The notes under the pieces were generated by a model that searched no databases, had not been told where the DNA came from, and saw nothing but the letters and a program-made list of their open reading frames with translations. Shown in pieces: positions 11,201 to 17,358 of a stretch of DNA of 64,000 bases. Numbering within the stretch: the stretch's first letter is position 1; every line of letters starts with the position of its first letter. Source of the stretch: Bacteroidota bacterium (GTDB lineage: Bacteria; Bacteroidota; Bacteroidia; Bacteroidales; FEN-979). The DNA is taken from the NCBI GenBank assembly GCA_037133475.1, contig JBAXOB010000011.1, forward strand, positions 18,994-82,993, in the 5' to 3' direction. Position numbers and translations under genes: made by a program.

Positions 11201-11461
11201 TTCGGTAAGGGTTACATACCCGGTTGGTGCAAAATCATAAAGTTCGGTGTATCTTTCAGCGGCATCCTGGTACTCCGACTTTACCTGCATCAGTTCCTCG
11301 TTCTGAAGCTCCAGTTCTATCTGATGAACCTGCAATTCATGGATCAGTTTCAGCATGTCGGCCTCTGAATGAACCTGCTTTATCCGCAATGCATTGCTTT
11401 TCAATTTTTCCTCTGCAAGTTGACGAAGATTATTTTTTTGACCAGGCGAATCCTTTTTCAT
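2294..11461 (-). CDS. Giant soluble hybrid sensor kinase (about 19 PAS/PAC, GAF, HisKA, HATPase_c, REC), 3055 aa
   Basis: Repeated PAS/PAC units ending DIT.RK; GAF-like segment (DRAYIFEFS..SHEWC); H-box MSHELRTPMNSILG; NNAVKYN, DSGPGI, GTGLGL; C-terminal REC (YIEDN..LLDLDLPD..KP). No TM segment seen. Confidence 0.95.
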   Translation of the reverse strand: MKKDSPGQKNNLRQLAEEKLKSNALRIKQVHSEADMLKLIHELQVHQIELELQNEELMQVKSEYQDAAERYTELYDFAPTGYVTLTEEGKITGINLAGARMLGKERSRLRYRPFGFFVTATSQPLFTLFLSSIFNNGNCETCDLLMISPEKLPVHVHLSGARTRSLDECMVTITEVSLLKRSEEDLRQSEDRYKALFQANHSVMLIIDPETGEIRDANPAACQYYGWSHAEICTRQVTDINTLALPEVLAEMKKAKLEKRNHFNFNHRLANGQVRDVEVYSGPIGFGRETLLYSLVHDITSRKDAEDALKKSEEKYRLLVENQNELVVKIDPEGNFVFVSPSFCSLLGKPEPEIEGSSFFNTIHADDVELSRAALMDINKPPFNCYFEHRIMTAEGWCWLAWSGKAILDKKNRILSIVGVGRNITERRLTEEALYESRMDLVATNRQLEHAQQLGHTGSWVYHIATRELTGSAEAKRLFGFAGDTGQFTLAGVEACIPERKRVHQALPDLIKKGIPYDLEYMINPADGSTPRIITSIATLEMDTEGNPVAVSGVIQDVTESRRNEEQIRESSHKWNALLSTSPDGIGLFSLDGKLQFASDRLAEIYGYAAGEKDKFKDAPVHDFIDESCHGMVLENMSNLVSGKVMHNFTEYLAVKKDKSRFYVELYSTLLYDAFGNPENVLYVERDITARKEAEETLQKSEALYRAILEASPDAISITDLEGHILMSSPVGWKMFGYDSLEEMKRFSILDFIVPEDQPRAKMLIGEMFEGVFSGVGEYQAVRSDGSVFDIEVNGNFIRDKEGRPTRIVYIVRDITARKRAETDLFESRELLSSIVETAQDSIFIKDQSLRYIKVNQAMESLFGMAREDMIGKSDADLFGTDSAGHIDDVDQEVLGGTPVEEYPSKPVSGEIRHFHTVKVPLRDARGEVTGLCGIARDITDRSIAENNLRISENRFLRAADQTQSVIWEVDADGLYTYVSKHAKTVWGYDPAELVGKKYFYNLHPEQGREQFEKTAMEAFDRREIFQNFPNQIVTGNGQVILVETNSAPLLDDQNNLLGYLGSDIDITQRRLAEIEIHDKTNLLTNLIINMQEGILVEDSDRKIILTNQLFCDMFAIPAPPGAMIGADCSDSAEQNKGFFKNPEKFILDIQKILSARKTVLNDELELVDGRYFERDYIPTYLNDIYNGHLWKYRDVTGRKMAQLAVYESELKYRNLVENISDVLYEIDAQGTIKYISPTIERILGFTAGEVTGRNFRHFVGVSAEFLLDRLTSLAENLTLENEYKLLTRDGQVRWIRLSTKALFYEGIYAGGSGTLIDITERKLAGERLVKSEEGFRKLSRAVEQSPSMTVITDLAGKIEYVNPKVMEITGYSQHELVGENARMFSSGEKPRAEYDEMWNKIRSGNEWKGEFHNKKKNGELYWVLAAITPILDMEGKITHYLADEEDITSRKQAEKELTESEERLNYAQEIAGMGSWTFNLATGKYEWSRNNYKMAGLQPFEREITPDFFMNMIHPDDAGELSRRVGEVNVTREPIDMEIRIILPNGSIRWLQNYIVPVFQGDDMVGLNGVNLDITGKKLDEDRIRLQNERLNAIVTAMPDLIFVMDEAGNNLEHYTNTPEKLFISGDQIFGTNISTFFDEETTSHHLSNISACIREQRLITYDYAVPETGMLSCYEARLAPLGSDKVLAFVRDITNRKQAEREIKELNETLALTVDQRTAQLAATNRELKLEIGERIRVSAGLEEALDRLHKIADRVPGMVYQYRLRPDESSCFPFASEGIQGIYRVSPGQVAEDAAAVLSRIHPDDQEQVIASIRASARDLTLWRQQYRVRFEDETVRWLSGNAFPQREPDGSVLWHGFILDITDRKLAEEELQESQNRFLLFMDYLPAIVFIKDSEGRTIYVNKTMDIALGASKWLGLTLPEIFDMEMAARILEDDRSTIKMGYKKVEESFLHLDGTLHHYETQKFMIPAAGKHPLLGGIAVDITERRQAEDELKQLSTRLSMATRAGGVGVWDIDVEHNILIWDNQMMELYGIDKKNFVGAYETWVAGVHPDDRERGDAEINAAIAGKKEFDTEFRVVWPDGTVRNIKAQAVVQRDAAGRALHMIGTNWDVTLQKRALAFEKELLRLSMQLTGIRGSGIMSSIDLALGSIGDYLGIDRAYIFEFSHENTRMTNSHEWCNAGIKPNMGKFGEIPIDLFPFPIELLRQHQDIVIPSARLLPESRKAEREILESYGIKTVIVLPIIIDDNLVGMVGLNTEINEREYDSLELNNLRVWSNILAGLIHNQRNEVILEQTRTNYETFFNTIDDFLFVLDVRGNIIHVNNTVQQRLGYPINDLMGQPVLMVHPEERREEAGRIVGEMLAGTADFCPVPLLTRTGSYIPVETRVKPGYWDGNPVIFGVSKDVSKIKLSEEKFSKAFQSNSTLMGISGFTDGAFIDVNEAFHNTLEYSREEIIGNTAHLLGLFVDTGIRSLMMEKILQHQPVRDFETQVRTKSGRILTGLLSAEMIHIGKDLCMLTVMVDITGRKHAEELLQAKMALLEAQKNATPDGILVIDGHGKRILMNSRMVEIFQLPPLLVEDENDAGLLRHVMDLTKYPDEFLQKVLFLYEHVHQTSRDEIELKNGMVLDRYSAPVLGIDGKSYGRIWSFRDITERKHTEQEIIRARNEADKANLAKSEFLSRMSHELRTPMNSILGFAQLLDMGELTPGHRKGVHHILNSGKHLLNLINEVLDISRIEAGRLALSMEPIQARSVIMEMIEVVLPAAADRGQVMEMEPSSTGLLFVRADRQRLRQVLLNLINNAVKYNGEGGSVIVKTSLNLESFPGIPMIRISIVDSGPGIKPEDIGKLFLPFQRIGAEKTMIEGTGLGLALVKELMDAMDGRVGVDSIPGEGSTFWIELPQVEDRAGTPGNGGDGLKALTKTTGISGTILYIEDNVPNAELVEGILVAQRPGIRLVTSMFGNSAVAFATGYNPGMILLDLDLPDIQGSEVLANLQANEATRHLPVVIISADATQRKIEMLKNAGACEYLSKPLDIATFLEVVDKYLEKPGKN

Positions 11462-11568
11462 AGATTAAGATAGTCAGTATTTCACCCAGTACATTCTTCC
11501 CGGCAATGGGGTGCAGGGGGTCAGGAATATGGATGTAAATATGTTTTTATGTTTTTGATAAATATTTA

Positions 11569-11576
11569 CAAATGTA
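11569..11576 (-). promoter_or_regulatory. Bacteroidota-type -7 box (TACATTTG) for the kinase operon
   Basis: Matches TAnnTTTG on the minus strand about 110 bp upstream of ATG 11461; embedded in TTTACA-aa-TGTAAA. Confidence 0.5.
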
Positions 11577-11725
11577 AATTATTTTTCCACAATCACCTCA
11601 CAGATTCCCATGCATTATATCAGATTGAACAAATAAAACCCTGTAATCAGTTAAAATACTCAAATTGAACAAAAATTCCCAATACAATGTTTAAAATATA
11701 TCATAAATATGTAAAATAAATTACC

Positions 11726-11740
11726 AAAAAAAAAAAAAAA
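11726..11740. repeat. A15 homopolymer (T15 on minus strand) next to a CCGGC-ggtt-GCCGG hairpin at 11752-11765
   Basis: Directly read. Confidence 0.9.
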
Positions 11741-11920
11741 CGAATAACTACCCGGCGGTTGCCGGAGTTTCAATATACCCGGGAAGGTGAAATGATTTCG
11801 ACGGATGTGTTTAGCAGGGGATGGTCAATGGTAAAATCCGGATCGGCTGGCGGATTCCTGTGTGCAGTGTAAGCATGTAAATGCCAATGCGAAACGACGG
11901 GAAACACACTTTCGGGTATT

Positions 11921-12870
11921 TCAAGGGGAATAACCCTTGCTGACCGGGCCCGGGGCTGCAAAGACCAGCAACTCATTAAGCCTGGCAAGACACCGGCGGC
12001 GGCTGTCATACCGCGCAATATATCTTTTAAAATCCTCCAGGGTAAACAGCTTTTTCCGGAAATCATCATAAATCCTTTTGATGCAGCCATTCCGGTTTTC
12101 ATCTCCCATGCACCTGCGGAGCTGGTGCAGCACAAGCGGCCCTTTCGAATAAACTGACTGCGCCTCTTCCACGGAGTTATTCACCGATACCACCTCCATG
12201 ATCGGGACATCCGTCTCCTTTTTGACTATTCCGGTGTAGTTTTTGAGGTAGAGCCCGCGGAGCAGCCGTTTCAATGAATCGGCGCCATATAAATGCTCGA
12301 CGTACATCGCCTGCAGGTAATCATTGATCGATTCCTCCACGAACCAGCGGCCCCGGGCATGTTCATCGGCGCCGACCGCACCTTTTTCAGGCATTCCCCG
12401 TTACTGACCGTTACCAGGTTCTGCGGTACGCGTATGGCGAGCCTTGCCCGGAACAGGCCTCCCATTTGAAGCGGGTACCATCGTTCCGAACGTTTCATCA
12501 CTACCATTCCACGTTTCACCATGAAGGAATCAAGGGGGAGCGAATAGGTAAACCGGATGGCTGTTTTTTTGCTTTCAGCCTGGCCGGTTTTCAGCGTTAA
12601 GGTCAATGAATCCCTCCCCGAAAAACGATATGAAATTCCCGGCAGGCCATCAGCGCTGATTTCGGTAATCCGGGCATCCCTGCTGAAAAGGAAAAGGCAG
12701 GTGCGGGTGGTGTCAGCTTTGCAGATCGCAAGCGTTACGTTGCAGTTAAGCCGCCTTGTATTCATGTCGAGATTGGCCCTGATTTTATTGCTTGCAATGG
12801 TATACAAACCGGCATTGGCATGAAAGAGCCAGGCCAGGAAAAGGATAAAAAACGTGATCGTGCGTTTCAT
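11921..12870 (-). pseudogene. M1-family aminopeptidase-like gene with internal deletion and frameshift
   Basis: Frame A (12870): signal peptide plus N-terminal beta domain up to ..VTVSNG. Frame B (from about 12385): RGRWFVEESINDY..YSKGPLVLHQLRRCMGDE, the post-HEXXH part of an M1 catalytic domain. The HEXXH segment is missing. Confidence 0.7.
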
Positions 12871-12898
12871 GATGTAAGACGACTTTACTGTTACACCA

Positions 12899-13627
12899 TC
12901 AGGCGTCAGGGTTCATCCGTTGAAATGCCTTCTGCAGGTCATCCGGGCAAGCCCGGGTCATGGCCTCGCTGAACCCGAAGGCAATCTCCGTTTTTCCTTG
13001 TTTTAACTGGTCAAATACCGATTCGATAAAATCGCTTACCGGCGGGGCGTAGTTATGCAGCCCTTTCCCGCCGAGATCGGTATTCAGGGCAGGCGGGATC
13101 AGTTCAATGACCTCTATGCCGCTCGTTTTGACAATGTGCCTGAGCGAAAGTGTGAACGAATGAAAAAAGGATTTGGTCGCGCAATAGACCGCTGTTTTTG
13201 CCATCGGGACATAGGCCAGTCCCGAGGTGACATTCAGGATGGTGCGCAACGCCGGCAGCTTAATAAAAAGTGAAGCCAGGTGCAGCGGAGCCTCGACATT
13301 AATGGCGATTTCTGCTTTTGCCCGCTCAATAAAATCATCATCGCTGATCGTCATATGCTGCTGGATCCCGGCATTGTTAACCAGCACATTCAGGTCAGGA
13401 TGATTTTCCAGTATCCAGCCGAAGAGCCTTATCCGTTCCCGTTCCTGCGACAGGTCGCACCGGAAGGTCATCACTGACGGGAGTTTGCCGGATACCTCTT
13501 TCAGCGCATCTTCCCTTCGGCCGCAGATGATTACGGTATTATTTTCAGCGACAAACCGCCCGGCAAGCCCCAGTCCAATGCCGGAGGCTCCCCCGGTAAT
13601 TAAGATCTTGTTGTTTGAGATGTTCAT
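12899..13627 (-). CDS. Short-chain dehydrogenase (DltE/COG3967-like)
   Basis: TGGASGIG, NNAG and YCATK (YxxxK) motifs. Confidence 0.9.
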   Translation of the reverse strand: MNISNNKILITGGASGIGLGLAGRFVAENNTVIICGRREDALKEVSGKLPSVMTFRCDLSQERERIRLFGWILENHPDLNVLVNNAGIQQHMTISDDDFIERAKAEIAINVEAPLHLASLFIKLPALRTILNVTSGLAYVPMAKTAVYCATKSFFHSFTLSLRHIVKTSGIEVIELIPPALNTDLGGKGLHNYAPPVSDFIESVFDQLKQGKTEIAFGFSEAMTRACPDDLQKAFQRMNPDA

Positions 13628-13705
13628 GAGGGTTGAATGAATCTTTGAGATAAAAATTGAATGTGTGATGGGGGAAAATTTATGCTTTTATCGTGAAGCT
13701 ATGCC

Positions 13706-13743
13706 TTTTTAACCACAGCAGGCACAGTAGGGCACAGTAGAGA
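13706..13743 (-). repeat. Half copy of the CWTTGTG-type REP-like element (ctactgtgcc ctactgtgcc tgctgtggttaaaaa)
   Basis: Tandem ggcacagtag x2 on the plus strand; same subunit and terminal GTGGTTAAA as 55616-55656. Confidence 0.65.
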
Positions 13744-13796
13744 TCGGTTTAAGGGATTAGATCGACAATTGAGGGTTTGTGAAGGAGGCAGAAGGA

Positions 13797-14051
13797 TCAC
13801 CCCCCGGCGCGGTTGTTGTTTTCGAATTCCGAAACAACCGCAACCGCCTTTTCATAATCCATGTTTGAAACCACCACCTTGACCGAACCGGCACCACCGC
13901 CTGCTGTGTACCAGGGCGCAAGGGTGCCCGTATTCTCGTCCATAAGGAAGGTTTCAATTTCGGCATTCTCCAGCAAACTCTTTACCAGTTCGGCCTCCCA
14001 GATGGTCCCGGCAAAGACAACCACCGGCTCAATATCATGATTTTTCTCCAT
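13797..14051 (-). CDS. DUF2007 family putative signal-transducing small protein
   Basis: WEAELVKSLLENAEIETFLMDEN..GSVKVVVSNMDYEKA pattern. Confidence 0.8.
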   Translation of the reverse strand: MEKNHDIEPVVVFAGTIWEAELVKSLLENAEIETFLMDENTGTLAPWYTAGGGAGSVKVVVSNMDYEKAVAVVSEFENNNRAGG

Positions 14052-14282
14052 ATCAAATTTTTATCATTAAATTGTTTATCAAGATTTTATTTGCTTGATC
14101 ACCATAGTACCAGGAATGATACTGAAACTATTTTGCCATAAAAGGCCCCCTCCACGGTTGGTACCATTGAACATGAAGATTCCTTCAAACAATTTCCCAG
14201 GCAGAATAACGATCCATCAAAGGTTTTACCATCAGCCGTTGTCCTTTACCAGGCTATGGGAACAGGTATGAAAAAACCTATT

Positions 14283-14849
14283 TCAAGGCGACTGCCCCCG
14301 GTAAACTCCCGACTCATCCAACGGAACAAGTCGCCCGTCGAACCTGAAATACTGGCCGAAGATCCCTCCCGAAACCACTGCGTTGGCCGTACCATAGGCG
14401 TCAATATCCAGGAAAATATCAACATGCGCCGACAGGGAGCTCCGAACCGCCATTTTCAGGAAAAACGACCTGTTTTTATCGTTCCGGGTAAGCTTGTAAC
14501 CTGATATTTTTCCCTTATCCGTAACACCACCCGCCCCATTGAAACCCAGCCTGTTGTCGGCGCCAACCTGGATAGTGGCCTCTGCCGAATCAACCATGAC
14601 GAAATTCAGCACGCGGTTTACCCTGAAACGGAGCCCTGTTTTTCTTTCAACAAAATCCGCTTCCAGGACAAACGACCTGGCCAGCAGCACCTGGTTCAGC
14701 GCTTCAAATTGCCGCTGCAGCTCCTTCTCCTGCTCTGCCTTTTTCCGGCTCCGGGCCTCTTTCCTGCTCAGGGTATCCTTTTGGATTTCCCTGGCCTGCA
14801 CCTGACCCATCCCTGAAATAAGCAACAAAAAAACGACAACCCATCTCAT
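14283..14849 (-). CDS. DUF4251-like exported protein
   Basis: Start re-assigned to ATG 14849 (MRWVVVFLLLISGMGQVQA signal peptide); FVLEAD..LNFVMVD..QVG..GFNGAGGVT pattern typical of Bacteroidota DUF4251. Confidence 0.75.
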   Translation of the reverse strand: MRWVVVFLLLISGMGQVQAREIQKDTLSRKEARSRKKAEQEKELQRQFEALNQVLLARSFVLEADFVERKTGLRFRVNRVLNFVMVDSAEATIQVGADNRLGFNGAGGVTDKGKISGYKLTRNDKNRSFFLKMAVRSSLSAHVDIFLDIDAYGTANAVVSGGIFGQYFRFDGRLVPLDESGVYRGQSP

Positions 14850-14985
14850 TTTCCTGAATTTTAGATTACTGTATCCTTTGTAAAGATACTCGGGGAGGAT
14901 GGGGATGGACTGCAGGTGGCAGCAAAACAACCATGCTCCCGGGAATTTTACCAAGGATCAAATATAATCATTTGCAGCGACACTG

Positions 14986-16524
14986 TTACTGGTAAACCTT
15001 AAAATTCGCCCATTCCCTGCTGATCGAAAAGGTGGGGCCGCGGAGCACGAACAGGGGAATAACCCGTTGCGGGCGGGTGCAGTCGGGACAATGAAATTCA
15101 GCAACCTGCTCAAGGCTCGTAAACCTTTTTCGCGCGTCGTCCTCATCAATACACACCGCGATATAGGTTTTAACGGTATCGGAAGGCGGGCCCCAGCTGT
15201 GAAAGCTGTTGTGGGTTGCATACACGGCAGGCAACCCGAATTCAGGACCATAGAGTTCGAGTGCCCCGGCTTCGCCATAATTTGTCGAGATGATCACGCA
15301 GTTTTGCCGCTCCTTTTCAGGCAGGCTGCGGTAAACACGTGCGACTTCGGCAGTGAGCTCACGCCAGCCAATGCGGTCGGCAAGCCACTGAGGCAAAGGC
15401 TCTCCCATCTTGCCGGCTTCCAGGTCAAAATGGAGCCCCAGCCTGGATATATACTGTTTTGTGGCAGCCGGGGAAAATAACGGGCACGACACCGGAGCGG
15501 CCATGATGCCCCCTGCCAGGATCAGCAGGCCGGTTGAGATCTGAGCCGCCCGCCTGGAAGCCGGTCGCAGGTATTGCTCCATCGCTACAGCCCCGGATGC
15601 CATCAGGAAAGGGTAGATGGCCGCGATCCTGTCGGGCCGGCTTGAATGGCCGGCCATCATCATGATCAGCAAAATGAAATAGGCGACCAGCATGGGCCTG
15701 AATGGCCTGCCCCTGCTGAAAAACAGCGAAACAAGTCCCGAGGTCCATAACAACCAGGTAAAGGGATTTACAAAAATCACCTGTTCTATATAAACCTGGC
15801 CATACGATTTTCCGATATTTTTTGAAGAAAAGGAGTTTTTATAGAGTTCAAGCGAGGGGAAATGGTTGACTATTTGCCAGACCAGATTTGGCAGGACGAT
15901 CAGGAAACAGGCCAGCGCTCCCCACAGGAGCCAGCGGCTGAACAGCAGCCGGCGCTGACCGGAGCATAAAAAGCCGGCAAGCAGGGCGAACGCGTAGAGC
16001 ACCATGGTATGCTTCATCTCCAGCCCGACACCCGTAAGTATCCCGGCATGCAGCCAGTACCGGGGATCTTGCTCCATGATCATCCTGGTCACAAAATAGG
16101 TGATGGTCGTCCAGATCAGGGGTTCGTAGGCATTCATCGAATAGAAACTCCCAAAGAGCAGGAAAACCGGCATTGCCATCACCGCGAGCCCCGAAAGCAA
16201 CATGCCGCCCATACCCGCCCCCAGCCGGCGGGCCAGCAAGCCGGTCACAAAAACTGTTGATGAGATACTGAGTGCCGGCAGTATCCTGACCGCAAACAAT
16301 GTATGTCCCAACAGGTTTTGCACTGCCGACAACAGCAGGATGGAGAGCGGGGGCTGGTCGATATAGCCAAATGCCAGCCTTTTCGAGCAGGCAATGAAGT
16401 AGAGTTCGTCGCAAAAATAGCCGTAGGGCCTGATCATGCTGCTGATCATGAACAAAACAAACAGCAGGGCCGAAAGCAGGAAAAGCAGGTACAGGGCTGC
16501 CGCAGATTTGCGTTGCGGGATCAT
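14986..16524 (-). CDS. GT39/PMT_2 (ArnT-like) membrane glycosyltransferase
   Basis: YGYFCDELYF, GYIDQPPL, multiple TM helices, LEMKHT and PNLVWQ motifs. Confidence 0.85.
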   Translation of the reverse strand: MIPQRKSAAALYLLFLLSALLFVLFMISSMIRPYGYFCDELYFIACSKRLAFGYIDQPPLSILLLSAVQNLLGHTLFAVRILPALSISSTVFVTGLLARRLGAGMGGMLLSGLAVMAMPVFLLFGSFYSMNAYEPLIWTTITYFVTRMIMEQDPRYWLHAGILTGVGLEMKHTMVLYAFALLAGFLCSGQRRLLFSRWLLWGALACFLIVLPNLVWQIVNHFPSLELYKNSFSSKNIGKSYGQVYIEQVIFVNPFTWLLWTSGLVSLFFSRGRPFRPMLVAYFILLIMMMAGHSSRPDRIAAIYPFLMASGAVAMEQYLRPASRRAAQISTGLLILAGGIMAAPVSCPLFSPAATKQYISRLGLHFDLEAGKMGEPLPQWLADRIGWRELTAEVARVYRSLPEKERQNCVIISTNYGEAGALELYGPEFGLPAVYATHNSFHSWGPPSDTVKTYIAVCIDEDDARKRFTSLEQVAEFHCPDCTRPQRVIPLFVLRGPTFSISREWANFKVYQ

Positions 16525-17114
16525 GCTGATTTTCGTTCCTCCCTGAGCGCCTTTTCAATGTTTTTATCGGGAATAAGCCAGACGACGGCCAGGATCAGAT
16601 ATACCACTCCGGATATTGCGGGGTGAATATAGGCAAGGGGAACAGAGGCAAGATATCCCGCCTGCGAAACGATCCCCTTTTTATTCAGCGTAAGAAATGC
16701 CTTTTTCAACGCTGCAATATCGTGGGCATTACGTTCAACCGTCTTCTGCAGGATAAAAAATGCAAGCCCTGCGAGCCAAAGGATACTGCCATAAACGGCG
16801 ATGGTATTCGCGGCAAAGTGGTTTTCGCCCATCCAGCCGGTGGCAAAGGGTATCAGCGACAACCAGAAAAGCAGGTTGAGATTGGCCAGGATCATTCCCG
16901 AAGATATCTGTTTTACCGAATGAAGGAGGTGGTGATGATTCCCCCAGTAGATGCCGATATAGAGAAAACTGGTGACATAGCTCAGGAACACGGGGATCAG
17001 TTTTTGCAGTTCGATCCAGTCACTGCTTTTCGGCACTTTTAGTTCGAGTACCATGATGGTGATGATAATGGCCAGTACGCCATCGCTAAATGCTTCCAAC
17101 CTGCTTTTATTCAT
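16521..17114 (-). CDS. TMEM175 family potassium channel (DUF1211)
   Basis: RLEAFSDGVLAIIITIMVLEL signature; WGNHHH; WLSLIPFAT. Confidence 0.92.
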   Translation of the reverse strand: MNKSRLEAFSDGVLAIIITIMVLELKVPKSSDWIELQKLIPVFLSYVTSFLYIGIYWGNHHHLLHSVKQISSGMILANLNLLFWLSLIPFATGWMGENHFAANTIAVYGSILWLAGLAFFILQKTVERNAHDIAALKKAFLTLNKKGIVSQAGYLASVPLAYIHPAISGVVYLILAVVWLIPDKNIEKALREERKSA

Positions 17115-17307
17115 CTGTCAGCCTAATGATTACATTGTTAAAAGAACCCGGTTGCGACTTTTTGCCGGATCAGTCTCCTGATCAGGCAGACCATCACTGT
17201 TTTTCCGCCCGGTCATACAAAAATAATGCTTTGATCGTTCAAAACTTTGATCGATTCAGCGGTTTCGGGATTACACCCAAATGTCAGTGAAGGAACCGGG
17301 CTGGTGG

Positions 17308-17332
17308 TTTACTGCCATGACACAATGAAGCG
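17308..17332 (-). repeat. Degenerate half copy of the CWTTGTG-type element (cgcttcattgtgtcatggcagtaaa)
   Basis: Resembles 55631-55656; 14-nt identity with 48448-48461. Confidence 0.4.
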
Positions 17333-17358
17333 ACCCCGGCATGGCGTTTGCCACTGAT

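Noticed and set aside
17230-17300. c-di-AMP (ydaO) riboswitch upstream of the TMEM175 channel (contains CGCTGAATC and TGGGTGTAATCC)
   Set aside because: Motifs are in the wrong order and the remaining conserved blocks are absent; an Rfam scan would be decisive.
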